Of a DNA stretch of 64,000 nucleotides, positions 7,330 through 16,186 are shown piece by piece (within the stretch, counting starts at the first letter, position 1; each line of letters opens with the position of its first letter). Origin of the DNA: Candidatus Latescibacterota bacterium. Lineage in GTDB: Bacteria; Latescibacterota; UBA2968; UBA8231. The notes beneath the pieces were generated by a model. It was given only the letters and a program-made list of their open reading frames with translations, had not been told where the DNA came from and did no database searches. Location of the stretch: NCBI GenBank assembly GCA_965197905.1, contig CBDAOB010000004.1, positions 256,001 through 320,000 of the forward strand. The letters run 5' to 3'. A program made the position numbers and the translations under genes.

Positions 7330-9206
7330 TACCCAGCACCCTGCCGGTGCCGGCCGAGTTCAATCTCGTGGATATGGGACTGACGATCTTCGACACAAAA
7401 CCGCAGATCTCGGCGGCTTTCGCAGCCCTCATCGGTCGCGATGCCACCGACGCTGAAGTCGACAAGCTGTTCGGCGGTCAACGGTTGGCGCGTGCCGACG
7501 TGGCGCCGCTCAACGACGATCTGACGTATTACTTCCGCATTTCGGCGGTGAACGCGGCCTTCAAGGAGAGCCCTTACCAGGCCGGCAACGTGGTTTCCAT
7601 CAACGGTGCTGAAATCATCGCCCGGAGCGGATCTCAAAGCGAAGTGGTTGTCGACTGGGAGCCCGTTTGGGGGGCGACGTATTACCGCGTCTGGCGCCAC
7701 ACCTCCGACAGCTCATCCGAGGCGACCACGCTGGCTGACTGGCAGGCCGAAACCAGCTTCTCCGATTCGAGCGGTGTTCCCGGAGTCGAATACTTCTATT
7801 GGGTTCAATCGGCGCGGGGAGATCTGGGCGAAAACGCCAGCGATCTGAGTCCCACCACGACGGGGTACAAGGGATTGGCGCCACCGGCCGTCGTCGCCGC
7901 TTCAAGCGATTTGCCGGATCGGGTGACGTTGAACTGGCATTTACCTCTGGGCGCCTCTCATTTTCGCGTCTACCACAACACCAAGAACGACACCGCGGGG
8001 GCTTCACCGGTCACTGGCTGGTTGAACTCCACTACCCATCAACACGCAGGGGCAGTTCCGGGTCTCAATTACTACTGGGTGCGGTCGGCTGCGGAGGTCG
8101 ACGGTGGGCGGCCGAGCTCCCTCAGCGCCTCCAGCATGGGGGAGCGCAGCGCGCCGTTGCGGGTGGCCGAGAATCTCTCAGCCACGTGGGGTGCGTCCCG
8201 CGACATGATTCTGGTGACCTGGGAGGCCGAACCGGCGGCAACTTACAATAGACTCTACCGGCATTCCAGCGCGGATTCAGCGCTGGCCGTTCCGGTGTCA
8301 GATTGGATCGTCGGTGTCGGCTTCGAGGACAAAACGGCAACCCCTGGCACGGAGTACCACTACTGGGTGCGCTCGGCTACGGGCGAAACCGGAGCTCATG
8401 CCAGCAGTCTGAGCACCGTCGTTGGCGGTTTGCGCAGCGGCGACGTCCTCACACCGGCAAATCTGCAAGCAGTTCCGGGGCAAGGGGAAGTGATATTGAG
8501 CTGGAACGCGACGCCTGACACCGATCTGCTTCGATACCGCATATTCGGTGGGCTAGAACCCGCGTCTTTGACCCTGCTGGATTCGGTCGATGCTTCGACG
8601 GACCCGGCGGTCACGGTGCACAACCTGTTGGCCTTGCCGGAGGAGTTCAATATCGTCGACATGGGCTTGTCAATCTTCGATTCGAAGGATGCCTTGGCAA
8701 CGCGATTCGTGGAGTTGGTGGGTCGAGATCCGACACAAAACGAACTGGACGAGCTATTCGGTGGTTCCAAGCTCCGCAAGTCGGACCTCGGGTCGTTGGA
8801 AACGGGAAAGACCTACTATTTCAAGGTGGCCGCCGTAAACGGGTCGCTGCAGGAGAGTGTCTATACCCTGGCCGTGGCGGCGACGGTGACGGATGCTGCC
8901 GGCAAGAGGTTAGCCGAACACCAAACCTTTGAAACTCGGCTGAGGGCGAATTCTCCAAACCCGTTCAACGCCTCAACACTCATCCACTTCGATTTAGGTG
9001 AAGCGAGCCAGGTGAGGCTGGAGATCCACAACATCCTGGGCCAGCGAGTTCGCACGATCCAGGCCGGCAGGCTGAGCTCCGGACGACATCAGATCCAATG
9101 GGACAGTCGCGATGACGCAGGGCGCCAGCTGGGAACCGGGTTGTATCTCTACAGGCTGCTCGTTGAACAAAGAAGCTTCAGGAGTAGAATGATGCTCGTC
9201 AGGTGA
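7215..9206 (+). CDS. Giant FN3-like repeat protein, 3' part, with C-terminal FlgD-Ig/secretion-sorting-type domain
   Basis: 5 more FN3-like repeats, two carrying a helical insert; C-terminus NSPNPFNASTLIHFDL...IHNILGQRVRT...WDSRDDAGRQLGTGLYLYRL. Confidence 0.85.
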   Translation: MGGECRIDIVRYRIYAGTSPDSTALIDSVDAVLNPTALIPSTLPVPAEFNLVDMGLTIFDTKPQISAAFAALIGRDATDAEVDKLFGGQRLARADVAPLNDDLTYYFRISAVNAAFKESPYQAGNVVSINGAEIIARSGSQSEVVVDWEPVWGATYYRVWRHTSDSSSEATTLADWQAETSFSDSSGVPGVEYFYWVQSARGDLGENASDLSPTTTGYKGLAPPAVVAASSDLPDRVTLNWHLPLGASHFRVYHNTKNDTAGASPVTGWLNSTTHQHAGAVPGLNYYWVRSAAEVDGGRPSSLSASSMGERSAPLRVAENLSATWGASRDMILVTWEAEPAATYNRLYRHSSADSALAVPVSDWIVGVGFEDKTATPGTEYHYWVRSATGETGAHASSLSTVVGGLRSGDVLTPANLQAVPGQGEVILSWNATPDTDLLRYRIFGGLEPASLTLLDSVDASTDPAVTVHNLLALPEEFNIVDMGLSIFDSKDALATRFVELVGRDPTQNELDELFGGSKLRKSDLGSLETGKTYYFKVAAVNGSLQESVYTLAVAATVTDAAGKRLAEHQTFETRLRANSPNPFNASTLIHFDLGEASQVRLEIHNILGQRVRTIQAGRLSSGRHQIQWDSRDDAGRQLGTGLYLYRLLVEQRSFRSRMMLVR

Positions 9207-9232
9207 GAGCGCGAGCAGAACCGGAATGACAA

Positions 9233-9269
9233 AGGCAGGGAGCGTGGAAACGCTTCCTGCCTCTTTTTT
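9233..9269 (+). terminator. Rho-independent terminator
   Basis: AGGCAGGGAGCGT-GGAA-ACGCTTCCTGCCT stem followed by CTTTTTT, just after the stop at 9206. Confidence 0.85.
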
Positions 9270-9315
9270 GTCGTGCCGAAGAGACCGCTGGCTCAACGGG
9301 CTTAGCTACTCATAG

Positions 9316-9660
9316 CTAGTGTTTGTGTTCCTTGATCGCCTTCTTCTCTTCTTCAGCAGCCTCTTCATCGAGCTTGTCTTGTAGCATCGCTCTGACCTCA
9401 TCCGAATACTCCATCATTTTCGGCTCCAGCTGCTTGAGCGGCTTCACTTCCTGCTGCAGCGTAGCCACATTCTTTTTTATTTCCCCCACGCGTTCTCGAA
9501 GCTTGTCCAGGGTGTTCTGGGTCCTATTCAGCTTGAGGTTCAGGGCCGGCGCTTCCTTGCTGTATCTTGCGTATACCGTAAAGATGATAACCACGGATAC
9601 GACGATCAGCAGTACCGCCAGTGCCTCTGGCTGGAACACCAGCTTTGTTAGCGCCTCCAA
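9316..9660 (-). CDS. Hypothetical protein with N-terminal TM helix and coiled coil
   Basis: Hydrophobic ALAVLLIVVSVVIIFTVY followed by a heptad-like K/E/L-rich helix. Confidence 0.65.
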   Translation of the reverse strand: MEALTKLVFQPEALAVLLIVVSVVIIFTVYARYSKEAPALNLKLNRTQNTLDKLRERVGEIKKNVATLQQEVKPLKQLEPKMMEYSDEVRAMLQDKLDEEAAEEEKKAIKEHKH

Positions 9661-9856
9661 TGCGAGCGCCTTTCGATCGAGTGCTGCCTCTAGAATACCG
9701 ATTCAGGCGGCCTCGAGCAACCATATCAGGAGCCCGCGGTTGCCTGGCCTTTTCCATCTGTGCACATTTCCCGTCTGTCATTGTTGGATCGTCAACGGCA
9801 ATCCGCTTCTTCAAACAGAAATCGACAGATAACGCATCACCCCGTTGCGAGGAGAT

Positions 9857-10738
9857 ATGCCGGAAGGATTCTTGGATGTAGCCCTCATCGCCATGTACGG
9901 CAAAACCTGGGCGCTTGAAGAAAACTATCAACGCCTGGAGCGCTATGTTCGCCAGGCTGCCACCAACGGAGCGCAACTGGTGATCGCGCCGGAAACCGTG
10001 CTGGACGGTTATATCTGCGGCAAGTGCGAGAAGGATCCCAATGTCACCAAGGAGGATATGCTCGCAGTCGCGCAGTCGATCCCGGATGGACCGTATCTGG
10101 AGCGAGCCGCGAAGCTTTGTCGGGAGCTGGGCATCTATCTGGTGTTCGGCTTTCTCCACAAAGAGGGCACCGATCTGTTCAATACCGTCGCACTGTTCGA
10201 TCCTGAGGGTGTCATCATCGCCACCCACAGCAAGGTGAATTCCGATTCGGAGCTGTTCATCGTGCCCGGCAGGGAGCTGAAGCCGGTGGATACGCCTCTG
10301 GGCCGGATCGGCTTTCTGATCTGCATGGATCGAACCGTGCCGGACAACTTCCTGGCCCTGGGGGCGCAGGAGGTGGAGTTGATCATCATACCCATGGACG
10401 GATCAGGCGGTCCCGAGAATACCAAAACCATGTCGCAGCGGGCGCGCGACTGCTTCTCCTACGTGCTGGTGGCGAACACCTGGAGCTCGGTCATGGTCGA
10501 ACCGGACGGTTCCATCGGAATTGAACGGTACGAGACCGGATGCGTCAGCATGCAACGCCTTCATTACAGCCGTATTCCCAAGGGCAACGACCGCTGGCAT
10601 TACGTGCGCCGGCGGCCCGATCTCTACGGTCCGCTCGTGGGTCCCGCCGACAAGCTCAACCATTATGACCAGAACGGTTACCCGAGCGCCGAGCTCGAAT
10701 CGATCCGCACCCGCGCCCGCCAGGGCGAGTCTGAGTAG
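9857..10738 (+). CDS. Carbon-nitrogen hydrolase (nitrilase superfamily)
   Basis: E-K-C triad motifs LVIAPET, THSKVN, GRIGFLICMD; GGAG SD before ATG 9857. Confidence 0.88.
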   Translation: MPEGFLDVALIAMYGKTWALEENYQRLERYVRQAATNGAQLVIAPETVLDGYICGKCEKDPNVTKEDMLAVAQSIPDGPYLERAAKLCRELGIYLVFGFLHKEGTDLFNTVALFDPEGVIIATHSKVNSDSELFIVPGRELKPVDTPLGRIGFLICMDRTVPDNFLALGAQEVELIIIPMDGSGGPENTKTMSQRARDCFSYVLVANTWSSVMVEPDGSIGIERYETGCVSMQRLHYSRIPKGNDRWHYVRRRPDLYGPLVGPADKLNHYDQNGYPSAELESIRTRARQGESE

Positions 10739-10762
10739 ACCTAACTAATTGAGGGAGGAACC

Positions 10763-12970
10763 ATGGCACCGTCGCGATACACCGCTCAACTCTTGCAGGA
10801 GATTCCCTACGAAGACCGGGTTGGCCGCATCGAGCACTACCCAGGGTGTTTGAGTCCAGACATGCGTGACGAGCCGCACGCCACGATTCAACAGGCCGTG
10901 GACGCGATTGCCGATGCCGGTACCCAAGTGTGGAGCATTGCGACGATGCGCCACAACCCCGAAGGCCACTTGAAAGGCCGTGGGTGGCCCTTGTGGGATT
11001 CGAAGATGATCCCGCGTCCCGCGGAGTGGGCGGCGGACGCCGAGAGCATGAAAGAGTTTGTCGAAGTCGCGCACAAGCGGGGAATACTCATGCTGAGCTA
11101 CTACCCGTTCATCTTCACGACGCCAATCTACCGCGAGCATCCGGAGTGGGGTATTCAGATGCTCGACGACGGCGGTGAGGAGGTGTGGAACGAGGGCTGG
11201 TTGTGCTGGAACTCGCCGTATCGCGACTGGCTGCCACAGTATCTCAACGAGACGATCGAATACTTCGATCTCGACGGGATCTATTTCGACGACATGAACT
11301 GGGGGTCTCACTCCGACGCCGGCCAGCGTCGAACGGGCGGTTGTGTCTGCCAGTTCTGCAAGGAGCAGTACCTGGCCGAAACCGGTCGCGAGCTGCCAAC
11401 CAAAGTAGACATGGACGACGTCGATTTTCGGCGGTATATCGCCTGGCGCTACGGGAAATTCACTGACGGCGTGGAGCATGTCGCCAAAGGGGTCTACGCT
11501 GAACACCCTGATGCCGTCTTGGATTGGAACTACTACGGCCGGCCGTACGGCAGCCCGGATATCGGATGGATGTCGTGCCACCCTCTCAATCCTTTGCCGA
11601 CCACTACCCACTTCTTCATGGAGGCCGGGTTAGACAATCTCGGCGTTGGTTTTCCGGCCAAGCTGCTGCGGGCGGCGGGACCGACGTTCGGATTCTTCTT
11701 CCACGCAGCCCGCGGTGCCGGATGCGCCGGTTCGTCCCCCAATCCGGAGCCGTACACCGGGTCGGTCGCAGCGCTGGCCGCGGTGGCCCGTGGCGGCGCA
11801 TCGGTAACCGTCAGTGTCCATGCCGGTTCGTTTACCCACTGGGGTGATGCGCTGCAATCGATCTTCACCGAGGCCCGCACGTTGCGCAAGTACGTGGGTG
11901 GCGAGTCGGTCAAACATGTCGCTCTGCACGTCTCGCAAAACAGCAGGGATTTCCGTTACCATGAGGACATCGACGAGTTCTGGAGGTTGTGCCGCGGCAG
12001 TGACGAGATGCTCAAGCGGGCGCAGCTGATAACGGAGGTGGTTTTCGACGACCAACTCACCATAGACACGCTCGCCGCGTACAAGGTCCTGATGCTTACC
12101 AACAGCGGTTGCCTGGCGGACAGTCACGTGGATGCGATACGAGAGTTCGTAGCTGGTGGTGGTTGTCTGATCGCCACCCATCAAAGCTCCCTGTTCGACG
12201 AGCTGGGACAGGAGCGCGGCAATCTTGGCCTCGCCGACGTGTTGGGCGTCGACCACGTCGTCGGCGACGTACGAGAGCGCATCGATGCGGAAGACGGGGC
12301 CTTCGACCCCGGAGAAGCCAACATCATCGTGCCGCAAACCGACGAACTGAAAGGCATGTTCGATCCCTTCATCGCCTTCGAAGCCGGCCAGTCGGAGATC
12401 GAGATCCGTTCCGATTCAGAGCTCGAGGTGCTTTTCACCAAGAGCGGACTGCAGTGGAAGGGTACCAGGGGACCCTTGTCCAGCGAGTTCTTCGACCGAC
12501 CCGATCTGGATTCCGGCCGCCCGGCTGTTACGCGAAACCGTTACGGCGAAGGGACCGCGATCTACGTCTGCGGGGATCTGGGCCAGGGTTTCTACCGCAA
12601 TCCGCTACCCCAGCTGAAGCAGCTGCTGGCTTACCTGGCGCGGTCGGCGCAGCCAGCCATCGAAGTGCAGGCGCCGCAGGTGATCGATGTGACTGCGTAC
12701 CTACGCAAGAAGGACCAGCTGATGGTGCATCTGCTGAACAATCCGATCCCATTGGTGCCGTGGAACACCTCCCGTGCCGACCGGCCGTCCTATTTCAGCA
12801 TCGACGAGATCTTGCCGGTGCACGACGTGGTCATCCGGCTGAACGACTTCAAAGCTGGTTCGGTCCGTCTGCCAGAGCGCGACCAATCGCTCGCGCCTGA
12901 TTCCGATGGCCAGCGAATCGTCGTGCCGGAGGTCGGCTTGCACGAGATCGTGTTGATCGATCTGGCGTGA
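10763..12970 (+). CDS. Glycoside-hydrolase-like protein (TIM barrel plus beta-galactosidase trimerisation/GATase1-like domain)
   Basis: EFVEVAHKRGI, LCWNSPYRD, DLDGIYFDD, CVCQFC, YKVLMLTN...AIREFVAGGGCLIAT..SLFDELG, NRYGEGTAIY; GGAGG SD. Confidence 0.7.
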   Translation: MAPSRYTAQLLQEIPYEDRVGRIEHYPGCLSPDMRDEPHATIQQAVDAIADAGTQVWSIATMRHNPEGHLKGRGWPLWDSKMIPRPAEWAADAESMKEFVEVAHKRGILMLSYYPFIFTTPIYREHPEWGIQMLDDGGEEVWNEGWLCWNSPYRDWLPQYLNETIEYFDLDGIYFDDMNWGSHSDAGQRRTGGCVCQFCKEQYLAETGRELPTKVDMDDVDFRRYIAWRYGKFTDGVEHVAKGVYAEHPDAVLDWNYYGRPYGSPDIGWMSCHPLNPLPTTTHFFMEAGLDNLGVGFPAKLLRAAGPTFGFFFHAARGAGCAGSSPNPEPYTGSVAALAAVARGGASVTVSVHAGSFTHWGDALQSIFTEARTLRKYVGGESVKHVALHVSQNSRDFRYHEDIDEFWRLCRGSDEMLKRAQLITEVVFDDQLTIDTLAAYKVLMLTNSGCLADSHVDAIREFVAGGGCLIATHQSSLFDELGQERGNLGLADVLGVDHVVGDVRERIDAEDGAFDPGEANIIVPQTDELKGMFDPFIAFEAGQSEIEIRSDSELEVLFTKSGLQWKGTRGPLSSEFFDRPDLDSGRPAVTRNRYGEGTAIYVCGDLGQGFYRNPLPQLKQLLAYLARSAQPAIEVQAPQVIDVTAYLRKKDQLMVHLLNNPIPLVPWNTSRADRPSYFSIDEILPVHDVVIRLNDFKAGSVRLPERDQSLAPDSDGQRIVVPEVGLHEIVLIDLA

Positions 12971-13040
12971 TCCCGCTTTTCAGGAGTCAGCGCTTTTGAT
13001 TGATCCCAGGGATAACCGCACCGCATCGAGACAGGGCATC

Positions 13041-14228
13041 ATGCAGCTGTCGGTTGGCATTGACGACGGCGATCTTCGCGGCGCAGACGACAAGGTGCTG
13101 CAGGCAGGCATCGAATATCTCGCCAGATTCGGCGGGGGAGTGCTCAAGCTGCTCCCGGGCGAGTTCGTCCTGCGCAACTCGGTCTATCTGCGGTCGCGCG
13201 TGACGCTGGAGGGTTCGGGAGAAGCCACCGTGCTCAGGAAAGGGGACGGTGCCATTAGTCCCTTTGTCCGCCTGTCTGAATGGTTCGAGACCGAGGTGGA
13301 GGTTGAAGACGGGTCCCGATTCCGTGTGGGCGACGGCGTGATGCTGCAATGGGGGGAGCAGCGATACCCCAGCCGCGACAATCGCCAGCACACAATCGTG
13401 GAGAGAGAGGGCAACCGACTCACCCTCGATCGCCGCTTGGGTTCGGGCATCGGGCCGGAGAACGACGCCGTCGTCTCCACGACCTTTCCCCTCTTGACCG
13501 CCAGTGATGTGCATAACGTCAGGGTGGCTAACCTGGTTGTCGATGGTAGCAGAGAGACCAACGAATACATCGACGGCAACTTCTCCGCCGGCATCTTCAC
13601 GAACTACTGCGGCGACTTCAGGTTCGAAGATGTCACTGCGCGCAACTACAACGGCGACGGGTTCAGCTTCCAGGTCTGCCACGACTTTCGCTTCGAGAAC
13701 TGTCGGTCGGAAGATAACGCGAATTTCGGGTACCACCCCGGCAGTGGCGCTCAGCGGCCGGTTTTTATCAGCTGCGCAGCACGGGGAAACAGACGCGGAA
13801 TCTTCTTCTGCCGGGGCGTGCACTTCGGTTTAGTGGACGGATGCGATTGTTCGTCCAATAGGGACGTCGGCATCTATATCGGTGACCGCGACACCGACAA
13901 CCGGGTCGTCGATTGCACGATCGAAAGCAACTTACAGGCCGGCATCGTCTGCACTGATCGTGAGGAATCGTTTCGCGGCGCCCACCGCTGCGTACTTGAA
14001 CGGAATCTGGTGCGCGACAACGGCGCCGGCGGCGAAGGAGTTGGCATCGACGTCCGCGGCGGTACCCATGATCTAGAGATTCACGAAAACCGCCTCATCG
14101 ACTCAGGGGCTGGCAAACAACGCATCGGCATACGCGTCAGCGCCGAGGCGGAGAACACACAAATCGAGCGGAATCAGTTCGAAGGCATGGAGACGGACTG
14201 CCTATTGCTCCCTTGCGCCAGCGAGTAA
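13041..14228 (+). CDS. Right-handed parallel beta-helix (pectin-lyase-like) protein
   Basis: LQAGIEYL..GGGVLKLLPGEF N-cap and repeated N..GI/GF beta-helix rungs. Confidence 0.8.
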   Translation: MQLSVGIDDGDLRGADDKVLQAGIEYLARFGGGVLKLLPGEFVLRNSVYLRSRVTLEGSGEATVLRKGDGAISPFVRLSEWFETEVEVEDGSRFRVGDGVMLQWGEQRYPSRDNRQHTIVEREGNRLTLDRRLGSGIGPENDAVVSTTFPLLTASDVHNVRVANLVVDGSRETNEYIDGNFSAGIFTNYCGDFRFEDVTARNYNGDGFSFQVCHDFRFENCRSEDNANFGYHPGSGAQRPVFISCAARGNRRGIFFCRGVHFGLVDGCDCSSNRDVGIYIGDRDTDNRVVDCTIESNLQAGIVCTDREESFRGAHRCVLERNLVRDNGAGGEGVGIDVRGGTHDLEIHENRLIDSGAGKQRIGIRVSAEAENTQIERNQFEGMETDCLLLPCASE

Positions 14229-14318
14229 TTTCCGTATACCATGTTCATTCAACGAGGTCGCTGACAGCGACGCTGTAATGATCAAGCAAGATTCAAACAT
14301 TTCTAGAGGAGACCAACC

Positions 14319-14945
14319 GTGAGCGTTGAAAAACCCACCATCGATGTGCCCGAAAGTGGTCCGTTTCTGGTCAAGAATCTCAAGAAGCTAACAGATTCGC
14401 AGGATCAACCGATCGAAATGGCCAAGGACGTGATCGCGTTGTGTCGCTGTGGCGCTTCCAAGAACAAACCTTTCTGCGATGGCACCCATTCCGACATTGG
14501 CTTCACCGGAGCCAAAGAACGCACCGAGACCTACGGAACGAAAACCTTCGAAGGCAAGGAACTCACGGTGATCGATAATCGCGACGTCTGTTGTGGCGCC
14601 GGCGAATGCTCGCGCGGCGCTCCCGGTGCCTTTTTCAGAAGGGAAGCGGGTGAGCGCATCTCCGAGCCGGACAACCAGGAGAAGCAAAAGATCATAGACA
14701 CCATTCGCCAATGCCCATCCGGGTCGCTGGCATTCATGATCGAAGGCGAGCTGCAAGACGAGTTTTTCTCTGAACCCGAGATCTTCGTTTCGAAAGACGG
14801 ACCGCTGCATGTCCGCGGGGGCATCGAGCTCACCGATGACGACAAGCCGGTATCGAGAAACCATTATACCCTGTGTCGCTGTGGCGCTTCCAAAAACAAG
14901 CCGTTCTGTGACGGCGAACACGAAGACATTGAGTTTAGGGGGTAG
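14319..14945 (+). CDS. CDGSH iron-sulfur protein: two CDGSH domains flanking a divergent ferredoxin-like domain
   Basis: LCRCGASKNKPFCDGTH and LCRCGASKNKPFCDGEH; central CCGAGEC...CPSGSL. Confidence 0.9.
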   Translation: MSVEKPTIDVPESGPFLVKNLKKLTDSQDQPIEMAKDVIALCRCGASKNKPFCDGTHSDIGFTGAKERTETYGTKTFEGKELTVIDNRDVCCGAGECSRGAPGAFFRREAGERISEPDNQEKQKIIDTIRQCPSGSLAFMIEGELQDEFFSEPEIFVSKDGPLHVRGGIELTDDDKPVSRNHYTLCRCGASKNKPFCDGEHEDIEFRG

Positions 14946-15204
14946 CTGCGACCGAACGGATCGTCGATGATCACACTACGCGGCAAGTTCCTATCGCTTT
15001 GACACTTTTGCTCGGTCTATCTCCGACCCGACGGCTCAAAAGACGTGTCAGAATCGAGAGGACGGCGGAAATCTCGGACAAGATCCGCTTCATGAATGGC
15101 TTTTCCAGGGACCAGTTCGAGCGTCCGCCTCAATAGGCTTTCCCTGCACGGTTCGCTTCCTTCCATCGGTGTCCCGCCCCTCGACTAGACAAAAGGAAAT
15201 CCCC

Positions 15205-16140
15205 ATGTCTCATCACCAATTCGCACCCGATCACTACCACACCACGATTGGTCCGCACGAACCCGTGCTGACCATCTCCGACGGGGACACCGTCGCGACC
15301 ACGACCGTGGATGCGGCAGGCCGAGACGCTAACGGCGAGCAGGTAACCCGGGGCGGAAACCCGCAAACCGGACCTTTTTACATAAACGACGCCAGGCCAG
15401 GTGACACCCTCGCTATCACCTTTGACTACCTAATGCCGAACCGGGATTGGGGCCACACGGCCGGCCGCATCGCCCCGAACGTGCTCGAACCTGGATACGT
15501 TCCGGAGTTTGAAGACGACCTGCAAACTCTGATCTGGCAGATCGATTTCGACAGCCAAATAGCGAGGCCGAAAGATGCTGGGGGCTTATTGGCCAGCTTG
15601 AAACTGCCTCTGAATCCACACTCGGGTTGTTTTGGTGTCGCTCCTCCCGGCGGACAGGCGATCAGTACCGCCACCTCTTCGACCCATGGCGGCAATATGG
15701 ATTTCAACGGATTCACAAAAGGGGTAACGGTGTATTTCCCCGTGGCGGTGGAGGGAGCGCTCTTTCACGTCGGCGACGGTCATGCCTTGCAAGGGGATGG
15801 CGAAATCGTGGGTACTGGCATCGAAATCTCGTTCGACGTCACCTTCACGGTCCGGCTGCTCAAGGGCAAACAGATCCAATGGCCGCGGGCGGAAAGCGAC
15901 ACGCATATCATGAGCGTGGGCAACGCGCGGCCTTTGGATCAGTGCGTTGAACATGCCTCCACCGAGATGATCCGTTTTCTGGAAGAAGATTATGGTCTGA
16001 CAACGCGGGAGGCCCACGTGCTCATGGGCGAGGCGGTGGAGTACGCCATGGGCAATATGTTCGACCCCGCCTATACCATGGTGTGCAAGATGTCGAAGCA
16101 GGTGCTGAACGGCATGGGAGCCGTCAGGAAAGAGACCTGA
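15205..16140 (+). CDS. Acetamidase/formamidase family protein
   Basis: NPQTGPFYI..A.PGDTL, HGGNMD, GALFHVGDGHALQGDGEIVGTGIE. Confidence 0.9.
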   Translation: MSHHQFAPDHYHTTIGPHEPVLTISDGDTVATTTVDAAGRDANGEQVTRGGNPQTGPFYINDARPGDTLAITFDYLMPNRDWGHTAGRIAPNVLEPGYVPEFEDDLQTLIWQIDFDSQIARPKDAGGLLASLKLPLNPHSGCFGVAPPGGQAISTATSSTHGGNMDFNGFTKGVTVYFPVAVEGALFHVGDGHALQGDGEIVGTGIEISFDVTFTVRLLKGKQIQWPRAESDTHIMSVGNARPLDQCVEHASTEMIRFLEEDYGLTTREAHVLMGEAVEYAMGNMFDPAYTMVCKMSKQVLNGMGAVRKET

Positions 16141-16186
16141 CCGCAGGGAGCCGCACGAGGACTGAATTCACAAAGGAGATCCGAAA

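Noticed and set aside
2902..9206. Repeats as a CRISPR array or DNA tandem repeat
   Set aside because: The periodicity is at protein level (about 95 aa) with divergent DNA; there are no identical repeats with spacers.
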